Shown: in pieces, positions 20,560-29,908 of the stretch
Position numbering within the stretch: position 1 is the first letter of the stretch
How the letters are laid out: every line of letters starts with the position of its first letter
Assembly: GCA_963666115.2 (NCBI GenBank)
Contig: CAXXET010000006.1
Location: 320,001-384,000 of the forward strand
DNA: 64,000 nucleotides
From: Dehalococcoidia bacterium
GTDB lineage: Bacteria > Chloroflexota > Dehalococcoidia > UBA6926
Reading direction: 5' to 3'
Notes under the pieces: model-generated
What the model was told of the DNA's origin: nothing
Databases searched by the model: none
The model's input: only the letters and a program-made list of their open reading frames with translations
Made by a program: the position numbers and the translations under genes

Positions 20560-21327
20560 GTGTCATCACCAAACGCCCCGCAAACCGCCCAGCCCAGGGT
20601 GACGGTCACCTTCGCGGATTGGGGCGCGACGTACAAGATCGCGCTCGGCGTCATATTCGTCGGCGTCTCCATCATCGTCTTTGCCCCGTTCGTGGGGGGC
20701 GCCCTCATGCAGGCCGCATCGCCGCTCCTGGAGGATGTGGCGGGCGCGCCGCCGGACCGCGTCGTCTTCGCCGCGTCCGATTCGCAAACGGGCGTTGATG
20801 TACTCGTGCTGCTTGGCGTGGCCAATCTCATCGTCGGCATCTGCCTGTTCGCCGTGCGCCTCGTGCTTGAGCTCCTGGGGCTGGCCGGCGAGCCCATGTT
20901 GACCCGCAGGATCAGGCCGCGCGGCAAGCTGGCATTGGGCGGGGCCGCTGTCGCAGCGCTCGTGCTGATTGTCAGCGCATCGCTTGAAACCGTGATCCGC
21001 GAGTCGTCCGTGGACATCGATGCCGATATGTCCGACATACTGCGGGCGTTGGGCATCGCCGGGCAAGTGGGCGCGCTGTTCATGGCGTCCTCGATCATCA
21101 CGCTCTTCTGGTGGGGGCGCCTGTTTCGTTGGGCCGACGCCATCGGATGGGGCAGGCCGCGCTGGGGCTGGATCAACAGGCTCTCAGCGGCGATGATCCT
21201 GGCCGCGCTGCTCGCCGGGCTTCCCTTCATTCCCTTCGACGACGCGGCCTATCCCTTCGGCGTCACCGGCGCAGCCGTCCTGGTCCTGGGAATCATTCCG
21301 CAGATATTCGCCCGCGGACGCCCGTAG
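20560..21327 (+). CDS. Hypothetical membrane protein
   Basis: About six hydrophobic segments, GC3-rich codons. Confidence 0.65.
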   Translation: MSSPNAPQTAQPRVTVTFADWGATYKIALGVIFVGVSIIVFAPFVGGALMQAASPLLEDVAGAPPDRVVFAASDSQTGVDVLVLLGVANLIVGICLFAVRLVLELLGLAGEPMLTRRIRPRGKLALGGAAVAALVLIVSASLETVIRESSVDIDADMSDILRALGIAGQVGALFMASSIITLFWWGRLFRWADAIGWGRPRWGWINRLSAAMILAALLAGLPFIPFDDAAYPFGVTGAAVLVLGIIPQIFARGRP

Positions 21328-21337
21328 CGGCTGTCCC

Positions 21338-22600
21338 CTAGCTGACGTCGTACCAGCCGTAGAGGGAGATATACCAGGCCGCCAGCCCCGCAAGGCTCAG
21401 CGTCACGGCCATGACGGTGAAGACGATTCCCAGCAGTATCTTGCCGCCCTCCCGCTTGCGAGGCCGGCGTGGGAGCGGCGGGGCGGAGGCGGGAGCGGCT
21501 TGGGTTGCACGGGTCTGGGCGGGGCGAGTCTGCGGCCGGGTTCCCGTTGTGGCGGGCTGTGTTCCGCCGGTCTGCTGCGTCCTGAGCATCTGGCGGTATC
21601 CCTGCGACGTGACGCCGCGTGTTGTCGCCGGTGGTGGGGGAGGAGTGGGCGGCGGCGGGGCGGCGGGAATGGAGAGTGTGGCGGACGGGGACAGAGGAGC
21701 GGCGCTCACGGGAATGCCGCGCAGCGCCGTCTCCAGGTCCGGCACCTTCTCCACCGGAAGCGCGCAGAACTCCTCCAGCCGCTCTGTCAGTTTCGCCACC
21801 GTCTGGTCGGACGACTTCTTCAGCCGTTGGAAGAGCGGAGATTTCTTGGGATCCGCGTAGTCGTCCCTTGTGAACAGCAGGTTGTCCTCGTTGAAGAACG
21901 ACCATACGCCGGGGTCGGACGCCGCCGCGAGCAGGCTGAGGTAGACGACCAGCGACGGGAAATTGTCCACGTAGGAGTCATAGTCGTCCGCCGTCCTGAG
22001 CGGGTGTTGAAAATTCTTGTGCCCCAACTCCGGGCTGCGCTCCCCCCGGAACTGCGGCAGGAACATGCCGTCATAGTCCACCAGCCGGATGCGCCCGTCC
22101 TTTTGCACCATGACGTTGCCGTGCTGCAGGTCGTTGTGGGCGATGCCAAGCCCGCGGAGGCTGGCGGACGGGCCGCCGCGCCATTGGGCGGCGACCTGGC
22201 GCAACATGCCGGGGTCGTTGATCTTGTCGTCGACGAAGCTGCTCAGCGACTGCCCCTCCACCCACTCCATCCTGACGATGGGATACCACGTGCCGCGCAC
22301 GTTGATGCCGCGCTCCATGTACTCGAACTGCACGAACGACGGGGGCAGCACGTTCATCAGGTAGTCGCTCAACTTGTTGTAGCGGTCGTGCTGGTCTTTC
22401 ACCTCGCGGGTGAAGCACCGCACCGCGAACGTCCGCCCCCCAACCGAAAGCGGATAGACGCAGGCAAACGCGCCGGAGTACACCAGCGGCATCCCCCGCC
22501 GGTTGGTCGCCACCGTTCCCCGCTCGAAATCTGTGCCCGTGAAGCACAGCCGCGGGTTCTGAACGGCCTCGCTAAACTCCGTTATTCCCGGCCACGCCAT
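21338..22600 (-). CDS. Ser/Thr kinase-like protein (TerY-P/YegI-like) with Pro-rich linker and C-terminal TM
   Basis: SGAFACVY, AVRCF, HNDLQHGNVMV, LVDYDGM. Confidence 0.85.
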   Translation of the reverse strand: MAWPGITEFSEAVQNPRLCFTGTDFERGTVATNRRGMPLVYSGAFACVYPLSVGGRTFAVRCFTREVKDQHDRYNKLSDYLMNVLPPSFVQFEYMERGINVRGTWYPIVRMEWVEGQSLSSFVDDKINDPGMLRQVAAQWRGGPSASLRGLGIAHNDLQHGNVMVQKDGRIRLVDYDGMFLPQFRGERSPELGHKNFQHPLRTADDYDSYVDNFPSLVVYLSLLAAASDPGVWSFFNEDNLLFTRDDYADPKKSPLFQRLKKSSDQTVAKLTERLEEFCALPVEKVPDLETALRGIPVSAAPLSPSATLSIPAAPPPPTPPPPPATTRGVTSQGYRQMLRTQQTGGTQPATTGTRPQTRPAQTRATQAAPASAPPLPRRPRKREGGKILLGIVFTVMAVTLSLAGLAAWYISLYGWYDVS

Positions 22601-22621
22601 GATTCTGCTCTACGTCCGGGG

Positions 22622-23404
22622 CTATTCGACTTCGACGACGACCATCGTCGTATCGTCATTCCGCATCAGCTTGTCGCGGCGCAGGTCCTCGATCCACGCC
22701 TCCCATTCCTGCGGCTCCAGCGCCAGCAGCGTTTGCCACGGCTTCTCTCCCGCGGCGCTTTCCACCAGGAACCGGCGTGCGAGGGCGTCGCTGGCGAGTA
22801 TGAAAACGTCCCCCGCCGCGCACTTGCCGCCGACAAGCCTCACGCCGTCCCACAACTCCCCCGTGTTATTCGGGTTGCTGCAAATCAGGGCAGGGCTGTT
22901 GTCGAACTCAGCCGCGTCATGCAGCGGGAACGACACGCACAGCGCATCGTCGCGCACGACGAAGAGGCAGCTATCGCCCACTGCCACCGCCTCCCAGGAG
23001 AGCTGCTCCGGGTCGTCCGGCGTCGGTCCGACGGCCAGCCCCACGAGTGTCGCGTACGCCCCCGCGCGCGTCTTCGGCTCCGCGTGCCAGGGCAGGCGGT
23101 CCCACGGCACCGCGTCATGCCATGCCCCTTGCGGCGAGACTAACCACGCGCTCAGTGAATCCTCGGTCAGGTCGTCCAACTCCGGGGGCTGAGCAACGTA
23201 AGCATCGGCCAGCGCATCTGCCCATTCCCGGGCGAACGCGGACTCGGTCGCGCCGTCCGCGACGGCTATGCGCGCCGTGACTCCTTGCTCGGATTCCCCG
23301 TCCTGCTCCGGGTAGAGGACACGGAAAGAATCCTCGTACTCCTCCGCGCTGTTGCCCGCCTTGGGCAGCCACAACTCCGCGAGAGGTCGAAGGCCCACCG
23401 TCAC
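22622..23404 (-). CDS. PP2C-family protein phosphatase (YegK-like)
   Basis: YEDS, AVADGA, VGDS, LASDAL, NDDTT. Confidence 0.87.
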   Translation of the reverse strand: MTVGLRPLAELWLPKAGNSAEEYEDSFRVLYPEQDGESEQGVTARIAVADGATESAFAREWADALADAYVAQPPELDDLTEDSLSAWLVSPQGAWHDAVPWDRLPWHAEPKTRAGAYATLVGLAVGPTPDDPEQLSWEAVAVGDSCLFVVRDDALCVSFPLHDAAEFDNSPALICSNPNNTGELWDGVRLVGGKCAAGDVFILASDALARRFLVESAAGEKPWQTLLALEPQEWEAWIEDLRRDKLMRNDDTTMVVVEVE

Positions 23405-23416
23405 CCTCCGGCCGGG

Positions 23417-24271
23417 CTAATTCAAGTCCGACGCGGCGCGCGTGCCGATATCCAGGAACTGCACCAGCGCGACCATGTCCGCGTTGTACACGTAGCCGCG
23501 GGAGCCTTGCGTGACGGGCAAGTCCAGGCCGGCGGCGATGTCCACCACCTGCGGCGGGAACTCCGACGACATGCGGAACATCTGCGCCGCGTACTCGTCC
23601 TCCGGCACCGCGCTCTCATCGGCGGGGTACTGGACGGGCATCGCGTTCATTTCGGACAGATGCGCGTTGTAGACCAGCGCGTTGCCGTCGCTCGTCTCCA
23701 TCGCCATGATCTCTTCCGCCAGTGGAACCGGGTTCCCGTCCGTCGCCGCGCCGTCCGTCACGCTGATCACCATGGGCGGATACGAGTCCGGATGATCTGT
23801 GATCCAGTCATAGAGGGCTTTGGACGCGGTGGACAACGCCGCGCACATCGGCGTGCCCCACTTGGCTTCGGGGCGCAGCCAGACGGGGAACTTGCGCGTC
23901 ACCTCCACGATGCCGCCCGCGCCGTCCGACTCCTTCACCTGCCTTTCCTCCACCTGCGCCGCGTCCACGACCTCGCTGATGGGGAGGAACGGCTGCTCCG
24001 GCGAGGTTCCGGGAAGCGCCGATTGCACGTCCGGCGCGCCGGCGTCGTCCGTCGTGTAGGTGATGACGCCGATGTGGAAATAGTCGCGCACGTCCATGCC
24101 CTGCGAGCACCGTTGCGAGATGGCGTCCAGGATGCGGTTCACGGCGTCCGCCGCGCCGTCCATCTTTCGCAGCGGCTGGCCGCCCAACGACCCGTCCATC
24201 GAACCCGAGTGGTCGATCAGGAACAGGAAGCAGCCCGGGTTATTCCTGCTGATATCCGCCGAGTATGGCAT
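23417..24271 (-). CDS. vWA domain protein (TerY/YegL-like)
   Basis: DHSGSM MIDAS, GTPM, VTDG; start taken at MPYSAD. Confidence 0.87.
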   Translation of the reverse strand: MPYSADISRNNPGCFLFLIDHSGSMDGSLGGQPLRKMDGAADAVNRILDAISQRCSQGMDVRDYFHIGVITYTTDDAGAPDVQSALPGTSPEQPFLPISEVVDAAQVEERQVKESDGAGGIVEVTRKFPVWLRPEAKWGTPMCAALSTASKALYDWITDHPDSYPPMVISVTDGAATDGNPVPLAEEIMAMETSDGNALVYNAHLSEMNAMPVQYPADESAVPEDEYAAQMFRMSSEFPPQVVDIAAGLDLPVTQGSRGYVYNADMVALVQFLDIGTRAASDLN

Positions 24272-24367
24272 GAAACACCTCCCTGCAAGCCGCAGCAACC
24301 ATCCGGTGACGCTATACGCCTATTGTATGCCATGCGCGGCAGGTATAATGGGGTAGTGTAAGTCGAG

Positions 24368-25585
24368 GTGCCGGTGACCAACAGAGCGACGGACCTACAG
24401 CGGGCTGAGAGCGCCGATTCGTCGGCGCAGCCTGGCCCAATCGAGAATCAGCTTCATCTGCCCAGCCTGTACATATCAGGATTCAGGGGTATTGGGGAGT
24501 TGAACCTGCCGAGGCTTGCCCAGGTGACGCTGTTCGTTGGCGACAACGGCGTTGGGAAATCGACGATTTTGGACGCCGTTAGGCTGTACGCGGGGAGGGG
24601 CAACCTGAATGCGATAGCCCAGCTTTTGGATTCAAGGGAGGAGTACTCTCAGGCATGGGAAAATGGGGAACTGGTGGACAATCTCTGGTGGCCCGCATTG
24701 TTTCGCAAAATGCCGAGGGACACTGACCAGCGACTTGAAATAGGGCCTGCGCCAGAGGCTGATGGTGGTGGCGGACTTGTCATTGAGACCGTAACCCTTG
24801 ATGAAGACTCTGCGGAAGTCAGGCAGAGACGAGGTGTAGGCGGTGGGATAGCATCCGGGTCTTTCTTCAAGGTGGTCGTTCGCTTTAACGGTGAGGAGTG
24901 GCGCCTCTACGACTATAATCTTCAGAATGCGAAACCCTCCCCGAATTCGTCCCCGGAGGCGGAGATTGCAGTGGCCATGGAGCGACGGGAAGAGATTCCG
25001 GGGACGATATGCGAATCAGTTGGACCGGGATTGCCGGACAATGACGACCTGGGCCGCAAGTGGGACGAGATTGCCCTGACGTCATTTGAGGACGACGTCG
25101 TCGAAATCTTGCGCCCAATTGTTGGGCCTGATCTTGAACGAGTGGGAGTTGTCGGGAAACCCCTGGGGCCTCTGCACAAGCCAGATCGGCAGGTCGTCGC
25201 GCGACTTCGGGGTGACCGAAACAGGATGCCACTCAAGAGCCTCGGCGATGGTGCGCTGCGCTTCTTTGACATGGCCGTGACTCTCGCAAACAGCGCCGAC
25301 GGCTACCTGCTTATCGATGAGGTTGAAAACGGCATCCACTACTCCCACTTCGAAGAACTCTGGCGAATGATTCTTGAGGCTGCTGTTGAGCGCAACATCC
25401 AGGTTCTTGCCACGACCCACAGTTTCGATTGCGTAGCGGGATTTGCCCGTGCTGCCAACTCGCTCCCCGGTGACAACGGCATGCTGATTCGCCTGGACAA
25501 GGGCGATGACGGCGAAATCAAGACCGCTCAGTACTCAGAGGATCTTTTGTCGGTTGCCGACGAGATGGGGATAGAGGTTCGTTAG
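24368..25585 (+). CDS. AAA/ABC-like ATPase (AAA_15/AAA_21 type)
   Basis: GDNGVGKST, SLGDG, LIDEVENGIH, TTHS; start uncertain. Confidence 0.88.
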   Translation: MPVTNRATDLQRAESADSSAQPGPIENQLHLPSLYISGFRGIGELNLPRLAQVTLFVGDNGVGKSTILDAVRLYAGRGNLNAIAQLLDSREEYSQAWENGELVDNLWWPALFRKMPRDTDQRLEIGPAPEADGGGGLVIETVTLDEDSAEVRQRRGVGGGIASGSFFKVVVRFNGEEWRLYDYNLQNAKPSPNSSPEAEIAVAMERREEIPGTICESVGPGLPDNDDLGRKWDEIALTSFEDDVVEILRPIVGPDLERVGVVGKPLGPLHKPDRQVVARLRGDRNRMPLKSLGDGALRFFDMAVTLANSADGYLLIDEVENGIHYSHFEELWRMILEAAVERNIQVLATTHSFDCVAGFARAANSLPGDNGMLIRLDKGDDGEIKTAQYSEDLLSVADEMGIEVR

Positions 25586-25589
25586 GTAA

Positions 25590-26231
25590 ATGACCTCACC
25601 GTCCCGTCTAGGCCGGGCTACAGATCCGGCGAAGTTGCTTCTGGTTGAAGGAAGCGATGATTTACAGGTAGTGCGTCGGCTAGCACGTGAGAACATCCCC
25701 GAGCTACAGTTTGAGATATGGCAGCGACAGGGAATCGACAACCTTCTAAAGGCGATACCGCTACAGTACTTGCGTCAGGGTACAACGGCTCTTGGGATTC
25801 TTGTTGATGCTGACGACAACCTGCAATTTCGATGGAACGATGTTGCTGACAGTTTGAGGCAGGTACGAGTGGACTTACCTACTGAACCGGACCCGGCCGG
25901 AACTGTTCTTGAAGGAGCACCGCGAGTAGGTGTTTGGGTTATGCCGGACAATCGCTCCAGCGGTCAGCTTGAGGACTTCATTCACAAGATGATTCCTGAA
26001 TCCGATCCGGTCTGGCCTCGCTCCGAGGCGTATATTGATGGGATACCAGGACGTGACCGCAAGTTCGGCCGAACCAAGGTCCTGCGTGCAAAGGTAGGTG
26101 CTTGGCTCGCGGCTCGTGAGCGCCCACGTCCGGTGTGGATCGGTATCGAGCAGGGCGACCTTCAACTTGAAGAGAATAGCAGGGCCTTCCTGGATTGGCT
26201 CCAGCGGCTATTTGGTGACGTTCTGCCCTAG
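25590..26231 (+). CDS. DUF3226-like TOPRIM-fold protein
   Basis: LLVEGSDD, GILVDADD, GVWVMPDN..GQLEDF. Confidence 0.75.
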   Translation: MTSPSRLGRATDPAKLLLVEGSDDLQVVRRLARENIPELQFEIWQRQGIDNLLKAIPLQYLRQGTTALGILVDADDNLQFRWNDVADSLRQVRVDLPTEPDPAGTVLEGAPRVGVWVMPDNRSSGQLEDFIHKMIPESDPVWPRSEAYIDGIPGRDRKFGRTKVLRAKVGAWLAARERPRPVWIGIEQGDLQLEENSRAFLDWLQRLFGDVLP

Positions 26232-26247
26232 CTGTATCCCCCTGTTG

Positions 26248-26268
26248 GCCCTGAGCCTGTCGAAGGGC
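26248..26268. repeat. REP-like imperfect palindrome GCCCTGAGCCTGTCGAAGGGC
   Basis: GCCCT/AGGGC inverted ends, intergenic; resembles a common REP class. Confidence 0.5.
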
Positions 26269-26369
26269 GAATCCTACCCTGGCACATATACCCGTGCCAG
26301 CACCGAAATTAGGAGCCCTAATGCCATGCGAATGAATTGCAGATACGGTACGCGCGCGATTTGGGATGC

Positions 26370-26485
26370 AGCCGAACGCGATCACGCCGAACTGGTCCGC
26401 CGATGGCCGACAGCCCGCCCGCTCCCCACAGCAGCCGGAAATTCCGCCTGCGAAGCAGTTGGAGGAACGAACCATCCTTCTCCAT
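26370..26485 (-). pseudogene. Truncated, frameshifted MFS transporter N-terminus
   Basis: MEKDGSFLQLLRRRNFRLLWGAGGLSAIG continues as DQFGVIAF in another frame, then similarity ends. Confidence 0.55.
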
Positions 26486-26492
26486 CGCCGGA

Positions 26493-28307
26493 TCACCCGC
26501 TCTCCTCAACGTGGACCGTGATGATGTCCACGCCGTAGAACTTCTCGTGGCGGACGGCGGAGGCGTGGTATCGCAATAGCCGGAGCGAGAGATCGTCGGC
26601 TGTTGGGACCGCGCCCTCATCGGCCAGGTACGCCAGTTGGTCTTCGATGTTCTCGTGCCGCGTCGTCGCCACAAACTCCAGGTCCACCATGCCCGCCTGC
26701 GGCCGCGCCTTGATGACCAGCCGTGGAGGGCGGGAGCCGTCACCGGCGTCCTGCTCCGCCTGTAGAGTAGTTAGGGTGGCCAGGGTCTCTTCGCCCGCCG
26801 CGCGCAGCCGCAGCGTGGAGGTCTCGTTCCACCCCAAGTCGGATGCCGCGCGTGTCAGAAACTCATCAATTGCAGGGAGCGAGGTCGTCTCCAGCGTGAC
26901 TTCGAGGCGTGATTGGCGCGACCCCAGCGATTCAAGCAGGAGCGTCATCCCGATTGCGACAACAGCGCCAATCGTCGCGCCATTGCCCAGCAGCCCGCCC
27001 AGGACGTCGCCGAACAGGTCCGCCATGATGGGGTGATTGTGCAGGCCAAGACCCAGCGCTCCTGCGAGCGCGACGATCAGCGCGCGCTTCTGGTTCAGGC
27101 CCTCCCGCAGAACCGTCTGCAAGCCGCTGACGAACAGCATCCCCATGGCGAGCATCAGGTACGCCCCCAACACGGGGCCGGGAATCGTCAGCAGCGCGGC
27201 AGTGAACTTTGAAAAGAGCGCGAAAGCCACCAGGACGACTGCCACGCCGATGCCCACCCGGCGGGCGGCAACCCCGGTGAGGTTGATCAGGGTGAGGCTG
27301 AATGACGAATAGGACATTGGGGGCAGCGTGCCGGCGATTCCGGCCAGAAGCATCCCGATGCCGTTCACGCTCACCATTCCCTGGATCTTGCGGAAATCAA
27401 TCGCCCGGGGCCGCCGTCTCGAGCCTTGCTGGATCGCAACGCCGTCGCTGATCGTCTTGATTCCGATGACGAGCGTCAGGATCGCGAACGAGGGCAGAAG
27501 CGCCCAGAACTCCGGGCTGAACGTCAGGTCGAAGCCCAGCTCCGGGACCTCGGGGATGCCGAACCACGCCGCGCGGGCGATTCGCTCCGTTTCGACCAAC
27601 CCAAAGACAACTGCGACCACATAGCCGGCCGCGATGCTGATGAAGGGCCCTGCAAGGCGCCACTTCCCCCTGGCGCGCAGCGTCATGATGATCGAGACGA
27701 TAACTGTCGCCACGGCGATCAGCGGGCCGGAGGCAGTGGGGGCGTCATCGGGCAGATTCTGCACGCTGTTGAACGCGATTGGCAGCACGCTGACGGCGAT
27801 CAGCATGGTCACCGTCCCGATAACCACCGGCGTGAAGATACGGCGCAGCGTTGGCAGCCAAAAGGCGAGCCCAACCTGGATGACGCAGCAGATCACAAGC
27901 AAGGTCGCGAACATCGACGGCCCTGCGGCGGACATTGACGCCGCCATGATCGCGATAAACAGCGCCGCCGGGGACGTGAGGACGATGTGGCCTCCGCCGA
28001 ACCGCCAGATCTGGAACGCCTGCAGCGCCGTGATCGCCGCCGTGATCAGCAGCGCGGTGAACACGCCCCATGCCAGGTGGGTGTCATCAAGATCGGATGC
28101 GTGAATCGCCACTGCGACGTTCAGCACCGTCGGCGCGAGAATCAGCGCCGCGCCCTGGGCTCCCACAACCAGCGTGACCCAGGGAGACGTGGCCTCCTCC
28201 GGCTCAAACCGTATCGGCAGTTCGGCGTGTGGGGACGTCAAATTCAGTTCGTCTCCCGCCTTACAGCAGGAAATCGTCCCCCAGCAGGGCGCGGGCCTGA
28301 TCATCAT
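26493..28307 (-). CDS. NCS2 (xanthine/uracil) permease with extra C-terminal soluble domain
   Basis: TPVVIGTV, NLTGVAAR, IPGPVLG; real start may be TTG near 28241. Confidence 0.82.
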   Translation of the reverse strand: MMIRPAPCWGTISCCKAGDELNLTSPHAELPIRFEPEEATSPWVTLVVGAQGAALILAPTVLNVAVAIHASDLDDTHLAWGVFTALLITAAITALQAFQIWRFGGGHIVLTSPAALFIAIMAASMSAAGPSMFATLLVICCVIQVGLAFWLPTLRRIFTPVVIGTVTMLIAVSVLPIAFNSVQNLPDDAPTASGPLIAVATVIVSIIMTLRARGKWRLAGPFISIAAGYVVAVVFGLVETERIARAAWFGIPEVPELGFDLTFSPEFWALLPSFAILTLVIGIKTISDGVAIQQGSRRRPRAIDFRKIQGMVSVNGIGMLLAGIAGTLPPMSYSSFSLTLINLTGVAARRVGIGVAVVLVAFALFSKFTAALLTIPGPVLGAYLMLAMGMLFVSGLQTVLREGLNQKRALIVALAGALGLGLHNHPIMADLFGDVLGGLLGNGATIGAVVAIGMTLLLESLGSRQSRLEVTLETTSLPAIDEFLTRAASDLGWNETSTLRLRAAGEETLATLTTLQAEQDAGDGSRPPRLVIKARPQAGMVDLEFVATTRHENIEDQLAYLADEGAVPTADDLSLRLLRYHASAVRHEKFYGVDIITVHVEESG

Positions 28308-28671
28308 CGTCCGTGGTCACGGCCACGATGGCGTGCCCGGCCTGCCGATGCACAATGTGGATGGTGCGGACGTTGAGGTTGGCGTCCGTAAAGCGCCGGG
28401 CCACGCCCGCCAGCGCGCCGGGTTGGTCAGGCAGGCGAAACACGACGGCATCGGACGTGATCGCCCGCACGCTCGCCTCCAGGAGCGCATGCAGCGCCGC
28501 GTCATCATCGTTGGTGCTCAGCCGTATGACGCCGAATTCCCCGGCCTCGCGCCCGTCGATGGATTCGATGTTGATTCCGGCCTTGGCCAGAGCTTCTGTC
28601 ACGAGCGCCAGCGCGCCCGGCCCCTGGGAGGTGAAGGCGATGATCCGCCCGTCAGGATTATCTGTTTGCAT
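28261..28671 (-). CDS. Tandem ACT-domain protein
   Basis: PGALA..LAKAGINI and DQPGALA..NLNV repeats. Confidence 0.85.
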   Translation of the reverse strand: MQTDNPDGRIIAFTSQGPGALALVTEALAKAGINIESIDGREAGEFGVIRLSTNDDDAALHALLEASVRAITSDAVVFRLPDQPGALAGVARRFTDANLNVRTIHIVHRQAGHAIVAVTTDDDDQARALLGDDFLL

Positions 28672-28673
28672 CT

Positions 28674-29795
28674 CTATCCCTGCGTCACCGGCCACTCCAG
28701 GCAGTCCTGCACGATTCTGTCAATCATGTCGCGCGTGACGTGCGGCATGGTCACAATATGGGCGATATCTCCGTACGGGGCGAGCTGCCACATGAACAGC
28801 ACGTAATCCGAGGGGCGCGGGAAAACGACGATAGGGCTGTTCTCGGTGCGCCATGCCGCGATGCCGGCGGCGTTGAACGCCTGCACCGCGTACTCTGCGT
28901 TGTCCAGCATCCGCCTCACCATCTCCTGGAAGCCGTCCAGGCCATTGTGGGTCAGCCCGTACCAGATGATCATGGGCGTGATGGCGTTGCGCGAGCCCGC
29001 CAGCGTCGTGTCCAGGATGCCGACATACTCGATGGCCCGGCCGATTCGTGCCGTGTACTCCTTTCGCGTCACGACGACGCCGCACGGCATGGGCGAGCCG
29101 ATGAGCTTATGGCCGGAGATGGCGATGCTGTCGACGCCGCTGTCGAATCCGAACGGTTGGGGGTTATCGACGAAGGGGAGAATCATGCCGTGGAGCGCGC
29201 CATCGGCGTGGATATACGAACGGGCAACACCCAACTCGTCGATGATTGCCCGGATCGCGTCCAGGTTGTCGACGGCGCCCTTCATCGTCGTGCCGATGTT
29301 GGCGACAATGAGCGCCGGCGCGTCCCTGTTCACCCGCATGGATTCCCGCAGGTCGTCGTAATCAAGCTCCCCGTTCTCCTGGCTCCGCACCATGGTGTTG
29401 CGAATGCCGAGGACGTGCAGGATTTTCAGCACGGAATAGTGGGTGTCCTCTGAGAAGTAGGCGATGGGGTTCCCCAGCAGTTCTCGGCCCATGTAGATGC
29501 CGTACATATTGCCTTTGGTGCCGCCGCTTGTGACGTAGCCCCATGCATCGTCGGAAGGCAGCCTCATCAACTCGGCAACCATGCGCACCACCTCGCGCTC
29601 CGTCTCGTGCGTGTTCGCCTGGTAGCGTGAGTAGCTGAAGGGGTCTCCGACGTTGTTGGCGGCGAAAGCCATCAGCGGGTACAGCGGCGAGTAGTCGAAG
29701 TCCTGGTTGACCGGATACCCTGCGAAGAACGGGCTTAGCAGCTTGAATTCCGAGACCAACTCATCGATGCGCTGATCAATGCCTGATTGACTCAT
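28674..29795 (-). CDS. PLP-dependent histidine/serine decarboxylase (group II)
   Basis: GYP, NNVGDP, HYSVxK, GTTMKGAVD, HADGAL, SGHK, GSRN. Confidence 0.85.
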   Translation of the reverse strand: MSQSGIDQRIDELVSEFKLLSPFFAGYPVNQDFDYSPLYPLMAFAANNVGDPFSYSRYQANTHETEREVVRMVAELMRLPSDDAWGYVTSGGTKGNMYGIYMGRELLGNPIAYFSEDTHYSVLKILHVLGIRNTMVRSQENGELDYDDLRESMRVNRDAPALIVANIGTTMKGAVDNLDAIRAIIDELGVARSYIHADGALHGMILPFVDNPQPFGFDSGVDSIAISGHKLIGSPMPCGVVVTRKEYTARIGRAIEYVGILDTTLAGSRNAITPMIIWYGLTHNGLDGFQEMVRRMLDNAEYAVQAFNAAGIAAWRTENSPIVVFPRPSDYVLFMWQLAPYGDIAHIVTMPHVTRDMIDRIVQDCLEWPVTQG

Positions 29796-29908
29796 TGACG
29801 TTCACCTGCGTTGGCTGTGGTCATGCGTTCCCTTATCCTACTGCCATTTGACGCCCAACGCGCGAACGCTGTTCAATGACCCAAACGGAGTGAACCCGGG
29901 GGTTGAGC

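Noticed and set aside
21500-23143. 547-aa plus-strand ORF and similar long overlapping ORFs (18320-19864, 5949-7187)
   Set aside because: Antisense to well-supported genes; expected in high-GC DNA
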